A stretch of 44,560 nucleotides of DNA from Candidatus Lindowbacteria bacterium RIFCSPLOWO2_12_FULL_62_27 (GTDB taxonomy: Bacteria; Lindowbacteria; 2-12-FULL-62-27): assembly GCA_001784175.1 (NCBI GenBank), contig MFPR01000001.1, forward strand, positions 248,001 through 292,560. Reading direction: 5' to 3'. A model generated the notes under the pieces. That model saw nothing but the letters and a program-made list of their open reading frames with translations, ran no database searches and was not told the origin of the DNA. Of the stretch, positions 11,069 through 20,400 are shown piece after piece (positions within the stretch are counted from its first letter, which is position 1; each line of letters starts with the position of its first letter). The translations under genes and the position numbers were made by a program.

Positions 11069-11665
11069 TCATTTCGTGGCCTCCGCAGAGTGTCGCAGGG
11101 CCGGCAGATACTGCGGCAGAACGTCCAGCAACTCCTTCATATCCGTTCCCTTCTGAAAAAACGCGTCGGCGCCGGCCTTGAGAACCGCCTTCTCGTCCTT
11201 GACGTAGCCGGACATGGCGAGAATCTTGATGCCGGAATAGTCCGGCACCGACTTCAGGCGGTAAATGACCTCAATGCCGTCCATTTTCGGCATCAGAAGA
11301 TCGAGGATCAGGACGTCCGGGAGGGCATGTCCGATGTGGAGGAGCGCCTCGACGCCGTTGTCGGCGGTCTGGATCGTCACGTTCGGAAACCGGGCGAGAA
11401 TCCGGCGGGGGAGCGTCTTCAGGATGGATATCTCGTCATCGACGATCAGGATGCGGGGGACGCGGGATTGGAGTTCCGGCGGCACGGGAAAATGCTGGTT
11501 CCGGAGCATCCGGGCGACTTCCTCCCGGCGGAACCGCGCATGCCCGCCGAGGGTCTTGATGGCCGGAATCTTCCCGGTATGGACCCAGTCCGCCACCGTC
11601 ACCCGGTTGACTTTGAACATCCGGCAGATGTCACGCGTGGACAAAAGCTCCGCCTCTTCAGCCAT
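11069..11665 (-). CDS. Excisionase-like HTH (HTH_17) plus receiver-domain regulator
   Basis: LLSTRDICRMFKVNRVTVADWVHTGKIPAIKTLGGHARF then REC (IVDDE, LDLLMP); GGGGAGG RBS. Confidence 0.88.
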   Translation of the reverse strand: MAEEAELLSTRDICRMFKVNRVTVADWVHTGKIPAIKTLGGHARFRREEVARMLRNQHFPVPPELQSRVPRILIVDDEISILKTLPRRILARFPNVTIQTADNGVEALLHIGHALPDVLILDLLMPKMDGIEVIYRLKSVPDYSGIKILAMSGYVKDEKAVLKAGADAFFQKGTDMKELLDVLPQYLPALRHSAEATK

Positions 11666-11758
11666 CGTACCGCCTCCCCGCCACCCTCCAGCGCCGGGGT
11701 TACTATTCTCTAATATCAAACATTTCTAACAATGTCAACTAAAATTTCAATATTGGGG

Positions 11759-13306
11759 TCAGGGCGGCAGGGGCGGGCGGCGGGCGTTGACGAGGGCGTC
11801 GTTGATCGTGGAGGTGGCGGCCGAGGTTGACGATTGAAGCTGGTCCGATTGGAGCTGTTCCTGCGAAAGCCGGGCGGGGGGTGCGTCCAGAATGTCCGCG
11901 GACGTTTGCGCAGCCTCCCGCTCCGCCTCGGTCGCTCCGGCCGGCAGGAAATCTCCGAGCGCGGCGTCCCGGAGCAGGTCCAGCGGCCGCCGGACCGCCC
12001 CGAGTACCGACGGCTCAGACACAACCGCTGACATCCCCTCGCCCACCGGCATCGACCGGTCCGCACGGACCGTCTCCGGCCCGCCCGTGTTGAAGGCGGC
12101 TTCCAGGAACGCGCCCAAGTCGGAGGGCTGTTGCGGCGCGAGACCAAAAAAACCCCGCAACGCAGCCGGCAGTTGACCCGGATCCACCGGCGCGACGTAC
12201 CCCGCGCCTTCGTCCGTCCTCACCGCCGCGCCCGGGCCCTTCAGGTACGAAACCTCCTGGACCGTCCCCGTCACGCCGGCCACCGCGGTCGGCATGATCA
12301 CGCGCGCGCGGATTTCCCGGCCGGGCGACTTGGAGGAGACGGTGCGGACGCGGCCGAAGTCGAGGAGAACCTCGACCGAATGTTCGTAGCCCTCCTGAAC
12401 GCACAGGCCGACGGCGAGGTGGGTGAGGGGCGAGATTTCGAAATACACTTTTTCAAATTTCAATACGGCGCGCCCTTCGATCCCCGTGGCGATTTCGTCC
12501 CCGCGTTCGATCTCGATTCTGCCGGCGCCAGCCGCCGTCCAGCGGGTCTCGCCGCTTTTCCGGATCTCCACTTCTCCTGTCACTTCCGTGAGCTCCGCCG
12601 TCATTGGGAACCGCAACATCGACACGGGGCCGGAGCTTCCCGCCCGGAAGGCGCGCAGACGGCGCATGAGCGGCATCCGGGCCGGATGGCGGGATTCGGC
12701 TGCGCCGAATCGCTGTTCCATGCGGGTGAGGAACGCCAGAAGTTCCGGGCCGCTCATCCACTCGTCCGGATGGGTTTCGGGCGGAACGAGTCCGATATTC
12801 GCGGCGACCCGGAAGGCGTATCGCCGGCTGTTCGGAAACCAGCGCCGGAGCCAGCTTCCTTTGTATTCCAATCCCGACAGCATCACGGCCGCCGCCGCGC
12901 CATGCGTCACCGGCCGGCCGGCCTCACGCCAAAGATCCGGATCCAGCGGAACGCCCGCCTCCCTCAGATGCTCGATCTCGTGGTCCGTTCGGTCCGGACC
13001 CGCGTACCGGCGAAACCGGGCGGCGGCCCGAACCACATCGGCGACGGTGGCGGACGGCCTGACGGCCAGCGCCCGATAGAACTCCGTCGCGGCGCGGTCT
13101 TCGGCGTGGGACGCGAACGGCAGACAGAAAATCTGGACAACCCACAAAAACGCTCGGAGTAACCGGGCTGTCCCCCTCTCCCGCCATAGGCGGGAGAGGG
13201 TTGGGGTGAGGGTGGCAGGCTTCGCGCGGCGCCAATCCACCCCCCTCACCTCAATCCTCTCCCCCCTGCGGGGGGAGAGGAGGTGAATAACCACTGCGTG
13301 CTTCAC
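11759..13306 (-). CDS. Exported protein with FecR-like domain
   Basis: VTGEVEI...GDEIATG...AVLKF...PTAVAGVTGT FecR-like segment; signal peptide ending ASHA interrupted by a palindromic repeat; GTGA overlap with the upstream gene. Confidence 0.7.
   Translation of the reverse strand: MKHAVVIHLLSPRRGERIEVRGVDWRRAKPATLTPTLSRLWRERGTARLLRAFLWVVQIFCLPFASHAEDRAATEFYRALAVRPSATVADVVRAAARFRRYAGPDRTDHEIEHLREAGVPLDPDLWREAGRPVTHGAAAAVMLSGLEYKGSWLRRWFPNSRRYAFRVAANIGLVPPETHPDEWMSGPELLAFLTRMEQRFGAAESRHPARMPLMRRLRAFRAGSSGPVSMLRFPMTAELTEVTGEVEIRKSGETRWTAAGAGRIEIERGDEIATGIEGRAVLKFEKVYFEISPLTHLAVGLCVQEGYEHSVEVLLDFGRVRTVSSKSPGREIRARVIMPTAVAGVTGTVQEVSYLKGPGAAVRTDEGAGYVAPVDPGQLPAALRGFFGLAPQQPSDLGAFLEAAFNTGGPETVRADRSMPVGEGMSAVVSEPSVLGAVRRPLDLLRDAALGDFLPAGATEAEREAAQTSADILDAPPARLSQEQLQSDQLQSSTSAATSTINDALVNARRPPLPP
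13172..13289 (-). repeat. REP-like palindromic doublet, in frame in the FecR-gene 5' end
   Basis: Gene-strand sequence TATTCACCTCCTCTCCCCCC-GCA-GGGGGGAGAGG..GGTGAGGG-spacer-CCCTCACCCCAACCCTCTCCCGCC-TAT-GGCGGGAGAGGG. Confidence 0.95.
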
Positions 13307-14850
13307 AAATCCACCGACATTTTAAACCGCAGGAATTCCTCGTGGCTGCGGTTCAGGCCGTAGGCCGGGCCCGGGACGAACATGCCGAGCTGCAGGAGAT
13401 AGCGGAGGTCGGCGAGAGGTTTCCAGGAAAGTTGCGCATCGTATTCGTGGCCGATGTTGTCTCCGAGTCCGCCGGGCGACACGTTGTACACCGGGTCGGA
13501 CGTCGGGCCGGCTTCGTCTTCGGCGAGGAAATAATAGTAGGTCAATTGCAGGGTGCAGTCGTTGAGCGCCATGTGCGAGCTTCGGGCAAACGGCCGGACG
13601 CTGAATCCCGATTTGAAGGCGTGCAGGTTCGCCAGGGCCGGCGCCAGCGCCACGCCGAGATTGAGTCCGCCGAATCCCCGGAACACCGTGTCCCGCCCCG
13701 CCGTCGATCCGCCGCTCGAGGAGAACACGTTGCCGATCCGGTCCCGGTCACCCGACGCGCCGGCAACTTCGGCGAAAATCGAGGGCGCAAGATCCGTGCC
13801 GCCCACAAAAAACTGCATCCCGAGATCGTAGGCCGTCGCGTAGACGCCGATCCGCTGCGTCGTGCCGAGGTGCCCGTAGGTCAGGCCCCGCTCGAGGACA
13901 AACTCGCCCCAGATCGACAGGCGCGAAAGGGGGCTGGCCTCCATCGTGAAGCCGTAGTAGCGCGAGTCGAGCTGGTGGCGCTGGCCGTTCACGGCGAAAT
14001 CGAAGTTATGATCGAGGTTGAACAAGAGGTAGGCCCCGAAGGACTGGCCGCGGCGAATCTGATAGCGCGTTTCGAATCCGTAGAATTGCCGTTTCGTGCG
14101 GCCGGGGCCCGGCGCGAGGAAATCGAGGTTGTCATCGCCGGGATTCTGCCGGAGCGCCATCGCCCGGAGCGACCACCGGCCCCGGTCGGCCTGCCACGAC
14201 AGGCCGTCCGCCGTGAGGCCGAACGCGAGGCCGCGCCCGACCGACACAAAGTGCCGGCCGAGCCGCAGGCGGTGGCGGAAATGCGCGGAGAAGGCGCGTT
14301 CCCAGTAGAGCATTTCGATTTTGGGCTGGATAAAATCGCTGCCGCGGATCGCCGGAGAATTTTTTTTCGTCTCGGTGTATCGCGCGGCCGACCGGAAGTA
14401 GAATTTGCTGGTCCGCGGCGCGTTCTGGACCAATGCGTACACCCGGCCGTCATACACCCACGCGTGGTCTTCCGCGTCGGCCACGGTGTCCTGCCGGTCG
14501 TTGTCGTCCGAGGTCGTATAGGTCGTCGAAATCGTCGAGCCGATGTCGAGGAGCCATCCGCGCCGCCGGCTCGCCCCGAGCCCATCCTCGGTCCGCCGCA
14601 ACTCGTCCACGGATTCGACCCGCTCGCGCCGCCGGTCCTCGCCCGACATCTGGGCGGCCGCCGGGGCGGGCAATAGGCAGAAGACAAGAAGCAACAGGTA
14701 AGCGGGGAACGGTACCCCCCCTCTCCCGCCGTAGGCGGGAGAGGGTCGGGGTGAGGGTGGCAGTCTCCGGTCGTCGTCATCTGCCCCCCTCACCTCAATC
14801 CTCTCCCCCCTTCGGGGGGAGAGGAGGTGAATAGACAGATCAATTCTCAT
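13303..14850 (-). CDS. Outer-membrane beta-barrel, alginate-export-like
   Basis: Alternating beta-strand pattern, LRLGRHF..GRGL, ASGD, NL..FKSG, IGHEYD motifs; ATG 14850 overlaps the M6 stop. Confidence 0.65.
   Translation of the reverse strand: MRIDLSIHLLSPRRGERIEVRGADDDDRRLPPSPRPSPAYGGRGGVPFPAYLLLLVFCLLPAPAAAQMSGEDRRRERVESVDELRRTEDGLGASRRRGWLLDIGSTISTTYTTSDDNDRQDTVADAEDHAWVYDGRVYALVQNAPRTSKFYFRSAARYTETKKNSPAIRGSDFIQPKIEMLYWERAFSAHFRHRLRLGRHFVSVGRGLAFGLTADGLSWQADRGRWSLRAMALRQNPGDDNLDFLAPGPGRTKRQFYGFETRYQIRRGQSFGAYLLFNLDHNFDFAVNGQRHQLDSRYYGFTMEASPLSRLSIWGEFVLERGLTYGHLGTTQRIGVYATAYDLGMQFFVGGTDLAPSIFAEVAGASGDRDRIGNVFSSSGGSTAGRDTVFRGFGGLNLGVALAPALANLHAFKSGFSVRPFARSSHMALNDCTLQLTYYYFLAEDEAGPTSDPVYNVSPGGLGDNIGHEYDAQLSWKPLADLRYLLQLGMFVPGPAYGLNRSHEEFLRFKMSVDL
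14715..14833 (-). repeat. REP-like palindromic doublet, in frame in the barrel-gene 5' end
   Basis: Same two hairpin halves as 13172..13289 with a different spacer. Confidence 0.95.
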
Positions 14851-17359
14851 AATACGCGTAGACAACCTTTCGGCCTGATGAAGACGAGATCAGCCAGTCT
14901 CGCAGGTCTCGGAGGAAACCAAACGGCGGCCGATTCGCGCCGGGCCACCAGCGTCGTATCAAGCACGCCGCCGGATACGCCGCCAAGCCGCCGCTTCCGC
15001 CGCTCGCCGTGAAGAGAAACGCCCGGAACTCGCCCGGCGCCGGCGTGTACACGTACTCGGGCGACGCACGAAGATCCACGACCGCGCCCGAGACGAGATC
15101 CTGCAGCGTCAGCGGAATGTCCGGCGGGATGGATTCGATCCCCTGCGCGCGGATCGTGACCTCGCCCTCGGCGTCGGTGCCGACCTTCAGGCGCCACGAT
15201 CGCGCGTCTGTCGGCGCGCGGTACACGGCGCTGTAATGCTCGCCGGCCTCCTCCCATCCGACCCAGATGCCTGTGGGGGCTGAGGGCGCTTTGGGCGCGC
15301 GCGAGGACCGGCTCCGGACGCCGGCCTCCGTCTGCCGGTTGGCGTCGCCCCGTTGATTGACGACTTCGAACCGCACAGACCAGTCATACGCTCCGGTAGC
15401 CAAAGAGGGCGCGGAAAATCCGGCGCCCGGCGGCGCGAGCGACGCATACGGCGGGACCAGCATGGTGCAATTCTGCGCGGCGTACAGCCACAGGCCCTTG
15501 AACGGCTCCAGTGCGGGGTTCGTCACCGTGGCGCCGGCGAGGCTGGGGCCGTGGATATATCCGGTTTCGGGTTTGTAGTAGTAAACCTCGCCGTCCCGAA
15601 GCAGGCCGTTGGTGATCGCGGCCGAATAGGTGTAGGTCGATCCGGCGGTCGAGACGAATTTCAAATCTTTCACGAGAATTTTAAATTTAAACGGATTGCC
15701 GATCTGGTTCCATCCGGAAAACAGCGCGACCGGCACCGTGTCGTAGCGTGTCGTATCGCTGAGGGCCGAGGTCTGCGCGGTTTCCTGAATGTCCTTCGAC
15801 GTCGAATCGGTCAGTCTGGCCCAGTAGCCGTATCCGGCCGAGAAGGCGGAGGTCAGGGACAGCGCGGAATATTTTTGCAGGATCGGATCCTCCTCGCCCG
15901 AGGAAACCTCGGGGTTCCAGCGAAAGAGCTGGGAGGCGGAGAAGGTGACGCCGAATTCGTTCAAATCGCGGACAAGGCTGTCCGCCGTGTATGTGATTTT
16001 GTGCAGGGGAAACGGGAGAGAAAACAGGGCCCACTGATCGGGCGCCGTCAGAAAGGAGTCGACCGGCGCCTTCACATCCGCAAAATCGACCAGCAGCGTG
16101 AGTTTGCTGTTCTGCAGCGTGATGTACTTGATCGAAAATCTCGCCGCTGCGTCGCTGTTGGGCCGGGAATTCGGCGTCGTATTGTCGGCAAAGGCCGTCT
16201 TGCCTTTCGCGCCGGGCCACGGATGGGACGAGGTGGCGACATAGGACCCGCTGAGCTTGCCGATGTCGGTCCCGTCGGCCTCCTCAAGGTCGAGCCGCCG
16301 GAACTTGACGACCGTCGTGTTGTTGACGTCGTTGTTCGTGATCGTTCCCGTATCCTGGTCAATGTGCCAGATGAGCAGCCCCACGCCCGCGGCCGTGTCG
16401 GGATCGCCGGCGCCCGGGTAGCGGAACTCGAGCAGAAAATATTCGGACGTGTCGCCGGCCGCGGCGAGGATTTTATAGATGCGGGAGTCAGATTCGACCG
16501 GGTTCATCGTGACGTAGGTTGTCGTGTCGATCTGCACGGTATCGCCCCAGTTCAAGTACTCCCGGCTCCACGGGTCCATCCACGTCGGGCTGTCGCCGAG
16601 AATGGGCGCGGCGGCGCCCTGAAAATTTCCGTTGCCGAGGAGTGTCCAGTCGCCATTGCCGCCGTCGGCCGACGTCGTGTTGTAGAGGTCGGGCAGGCCC
16701 AGCTCGTGGCCGAATTCGTGGCAGAACGTGCCGAAAAAGCTGATCGAAAGCGACGAGGTGAGCTTGTAGGTTTCGAGCGGCGTGATGATCGCGTAGCCCA
16801 CGGTCTCGTTGGTCTGCGTGTCCGTGAACGGCATGGACGAAATGTTCTGCACCTTGGTCTGAAGGTCTCCGGTCTTGCTCGTAATGGATTTGCCGGGCCC
16901 AGCATGAAAGAGCGTCACGCTGTGGTACTGGGAAAAGTCGACGTAGGTGTCGACGCGCGCCAGGACTTCCCGCACAAGCAGGATCAGGCCGTTCGTATCG
17001 GTGCGCATCGTGTAACCGGCCTTCGTGTCCGACACGGTCACCATGAGCGTATCGAAGACGGTGTAGGCCAACTGCATTTTTCCGTACGAGATCCGCCGGT
17101 AAAACGTGTCGGCGCGGTCGAGCAGGACGCGCGCGTAGTTGCCGAGCGTGGTCGTATCGGCATGAAACACGCCGGTGTCGGCCGTCAGAGACGTCGACGC
17201 CTGCTGGAACTGCACGAGGAACGCGGCGATCCTGGCGGTCCCGGCGGGCGTGACATTGGCAAACCCGGGCGCGGCCTGAGCGGCGCAGACCGGCCACAGG
17301 CAACAGGCGATCGGCCAGAGCAAGATCGTGCGGAACCCCGTCCTGAAATGCTTCGACAT
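14840..17359 (-). CDS. M6-family (immune inhibitor A-like) secreted metalloprotease with CFI-box-CTERM-like tail
   Basis: Signal peptide; FHAGPG; zinc motif CHEFGHELGLPDLY; PWSREYLNW; EYFLLEFR; GLLIWHID; C-terminal ACLI...LRDLRDWL...GRKVVYAYY. Confidence 0.85.
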   Translation of the reverse strand: MSKHFRTGFRTILLWPIACCLWPVCAAQAAPGFANVTPAGTARIAAFLVQFQQASTSLTADTGVFHADTTTLGNYARVLLDRADTFYRRISYGKMQLAYTVFDTLMVTVSDTKAGYTMRTDTNGLILLVREVLARVDTYVDFSQYHSVTLFHAGPGKSITSKTGDLQTKVQNISSMPFTDTQTNETVGYAIITPLETYKLTSSLSISFFGTFCHEFGHELGLPDLYNTTSADGGNGDWTLLGNGNFQGAAAPILGDSPTWMDPWSREYLNWGDTVQIDTTTYVTMNPVESDSRIYKILAAAGDTSEYFLLEFRYPGAGDPDTAAGVGLLIWHIDQDTGTITNNDVNNTTVVKFRRLDLEEADGTDIGKLSGSYVATSSHPWPGAKGKTAFADNTTPNSRPNSDAAARFSIKYITLQNSKLTLLVDFADVKAPVDSFLTAPDQWALFSLPFPLHKITYTADSLVRDLNEFGVTFSASQLFRWNPEVSSGEEDPILQKYSALSLTSAFSAGYGYWARLTDSTSKDIQETAQTSALSDTTRYDTVPVALFSGWNQIGNPFKFKILVKDLKFVSTAGSTYTYSAAITNGLLRDGEVYYYKPETGYIHGPSLAGATVTNPALEPFKGLWLYAAQNCTMLVPPYASLAPPGAGFSAPSLATGAYDWSVRFEVVNQRGDANRQTEAGVRSRSSRAPKAPSAPTGIWVGWEEAGEHYSAVYRAPTDARSWRLKVGTDAEGEVTIRAQGIESIPPDIPLTLQDLVSGAVVDLRASPEYVYTPAPGEFRAFLFTASGGSGGLAAYPAACLIRRWWPGANRPPFGFLRDLRDWLISSSSGRKVVYAYYEN

Positions 17360-17390
17360 TTGCTTATTGTATATATCGGAAAAAAGCCTC

Positions 17391-17435
17391 AAAAAAACAA
17401 AAAAACCGGAGGCCCGCTTCTTCGCGGACCCCCGG
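17391..17435 (-). terminator. Intrinsic terminator downstream of the Pro-rich repeat gene
   Basis: Minus strand CCGGGGGTCCGC-GAAGAA-GCGGGCCTCCGG followed by TTTTTTTGTTTTTTT. Confidence 0.85.
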
Positions 17436-17467
17436 TCGATGTATCTTGAAGGTACCCTAGTTCAGCC

Positions 17468-20400
17468 TCAAACCGCTTCCATCGGAATCGGATACGGCGG
17501 CGGCGGCGCCAGCGGCGCCACGTAACCGCACCCGTCCGGCTCACAGCCGGCTACAAACGTGTTGGTGCCTTCCGGCGGAATCGTACACTGACTCGTCGCC
17601 GGATCGTAGGTCGTGCCCGGCGGGCAATCGATCATCACGCTGCCCGGAGGCGGCGGCTCGGGAGATCCCGGCGGAGGCGGCGGCGCGTCCGGTGGAGGTG
17701 GCGGCGCCACTTCCATGCCCGGCGGCATCACCGCGTACTGCGACTCGTTCGGAATCGTCACCGTTCCCGAGGTGGCATCGACTTCCGATCCCGGCGGGCA
17801 GGTCCATGCGACGGTTCCGTCCGGATTCGCCTGGACATCCGGCGGCAGGACCGCCGACTGGTACTCGTTCGGAACCGTCATCGAGCCCTCGCCAAACTCC
17901 GTGCCCGGCGGCGCCACAAACGTCACGGCGCCGTCCGGTCCCACCGCCACGTTCGGCGGCAGAACTTGGTACGTCTGGTCCGGCGGGATGACGCAGGTGC
18001 CTGTGGCCGGATCGTACGTCGCGCCCGGAGGGGGCGTAACGGTTACCGATCCGTCCGGATTGCATGAAGCTCCGTCCGGCATCACCATCGCCGAGTACTC
18101 CTGCGGGATCGTGAACGTGTTGGAATTGGCGTCAAACGTGGTGCCTTCCGGCATCGCGCACGTCACCGTGCCGTCCACGGGACTGACCGTGATGTTCGGC
18201 GGCAGTACCGCGCCGGCCTCGGCCGGCGGCAGAACGACCATGGGCGGCGGAGGCGGCGCCCCCGGCGGAACATCCGGCGGAGGCGGAAACTCCGTTCCCG
18301 GCGGCATCGTGCAGGTACACGTGCCGGCGTTCGGATCGAAAGACATCGGCACCGTCGCGTACGTCTCGCCGAAGGTTTCGGGCGGCATGACGCACATGGG
18401 CGGCGGCGGGGGAGGCGGCTCCGCGCCTGGCTCGAGCGGAGGCATGGGCGGCAGAGGCGCCATCTGGACGCCGTCGGCCGGTGTTCCCACATCCACCGCG
18501 ATCGCATACGCGGGCGGCGGCGGGGGCGCTTCTCCCGGAGGCATATCCAGGGGCGGCGGCGGCGGAGGCGGCGCGTAACCCTCGACGTCTCCGGCCGGCA
18601 CCAGTTCCCCGGTCCCGGTGTTCTCGCAAATCATCGCCGTGCCTTCCGGCGGCATCGTGAATTCGCCGGAATTGGCTTCATAGGTACAGCCCGGCGGAAC
18701 TTCGCAGGTGCAGGACCCGTCCGGATTCACCGTGACTTCCGGCGGCATCACCATCGGCGTGTACTCGTTGGGAATGGTGCAGGTCCCGGCGTTCGGATCC
18801 ACCGTCCATGCGGCGTCCCCGGCCGTCGGATAGGCCATCGTGCAGGTACCGGCGTTCGGGTCGAACTGCATGACCGGCGCGATATCGCCCGGCGGGGGCA
18901 ACGGAGCTCCCGGCGGAATCGTCTCGCATCCGGTGATGGCGGCCTGAACTTCCGATGTCGGCGGGATCGCAAACGTCCCGGCGTTCGGATCGATGTTCGT
19001 ACACTGGATCGTCAGCGCGCCGTCCGGCTGAACCGTACAGCCTTCCGGCATCACAGCGGGCGCGCCTTCGGGCGGAACCATGAACGTTCCCGCATTGGGA
19101 TCCATGGTGGTTCCCTCGGGACACGTCATGGTCATCGTCCCATCGGGATTGGCCACCACGCCCGGCGCGGGTTCGGCCATGTAGGGCGGGCAGTCCGGAG
19201 CGGGGCAGGTGATCGTTCCGTCCGGGGGATTCATCGTCGCTTCCGGGGGACACTCGCACGTGACGCTCCCGTTGGCGTTGATGTCCACGTAAGGCGGCAC
19301 ATAATCCGCAGTGGCATCGGGCGGAATCGTCACGGTGCCGGCGGCCGGATCATACTGGGTGCCCTCGGGGGCCACGCAGTTGATCGCGCCGTCCGGCGCA
19401 TAGGTCATATCCGGCGAGGGCAAGAACATCCCGCCGGCGCCGTCGGTCGGCATGGTCATCTGACCGGCGTCCGGATTGTACGTCGTCTCGGGCGGCATCT
19501 CGCAGGTGCAACTGCCGTCCGGATTGACGGTCGCATAATCCGGGCAGACCATCTCGGAGCCTTCCGGCGGCAGCGTGAACTCGCCGGAGTTGGCGTCGAA
19601 GGTGGTTCCTTCCGGACATGCAAGGGTACACGATCCGTCCGGCGCGATGTCGACGCCCGGCGGAACGGTGGGACAATCCTGAGGCGGATAGTTCAACGAT
19701 CCCGCGTTGGGATCATAGACGGTGCCCGGAGGACACTCCACACCGATGTTGCCGTCCGGCATGACGGTCGCGTCGACCGCGGGCGCGAACGTATCGATCG
19801 CGTCCTGCGGCGGCATCGTCACCGTGCCGGCTTCTGGATTGACTTCACACGTCGGCGGCAGCGCGCAGGTCACCGCTCCGTCCGGAGCGACCGCCACGTT
19901 GTCGGGACAAACCATGCTCGCCTCGGCGGGCGGCAGCGTGACGGTCCCGGCATCGGGATTCATCTCGCCGCCCGGAGGCAGGCTACACATGCAGTCGCCG
20001 GTCGGCATCACCTGAACGTCCGGCGGCGTCACTGCGTACGCGCCATCCGGCGGCAGCGTGAACTCGCCGGAGTTGGCCTCGAACGTCGTGCCTTCCGGCA
20101 TCGCAACCGCAACCGACCCGTCCGGCATCGGAGCGCATCCGTCCGGCATACAGGGTGGGGGCGGCGGGGGCGGAACGCCTGCGTCGGCCGGAGGCGGGGG
20201 CGGATATTCCACCGTGCCTCCGTACGGAGCGTCCGGCGGCGCGGGCGCGACTACCGCGTCCGGCGGCAGGGGCGCCACGACGTCACCTGTCGGCGTCACC
20301 GTCGTCTCAGGCGGCAACACCATCGCCGCTTCGCCGGCCGGGAACGTCACCACGGGCGGCGGGGGCGGAACATCGGGCGGCAGATACGGCGGCGGGGGCG

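Noticed and set aside
15353-17449. 698-aa plus-strand ORF
   Set aside because: Antisense shadow of the M6 protease gene; no motifs; expected in GC-rich DNA
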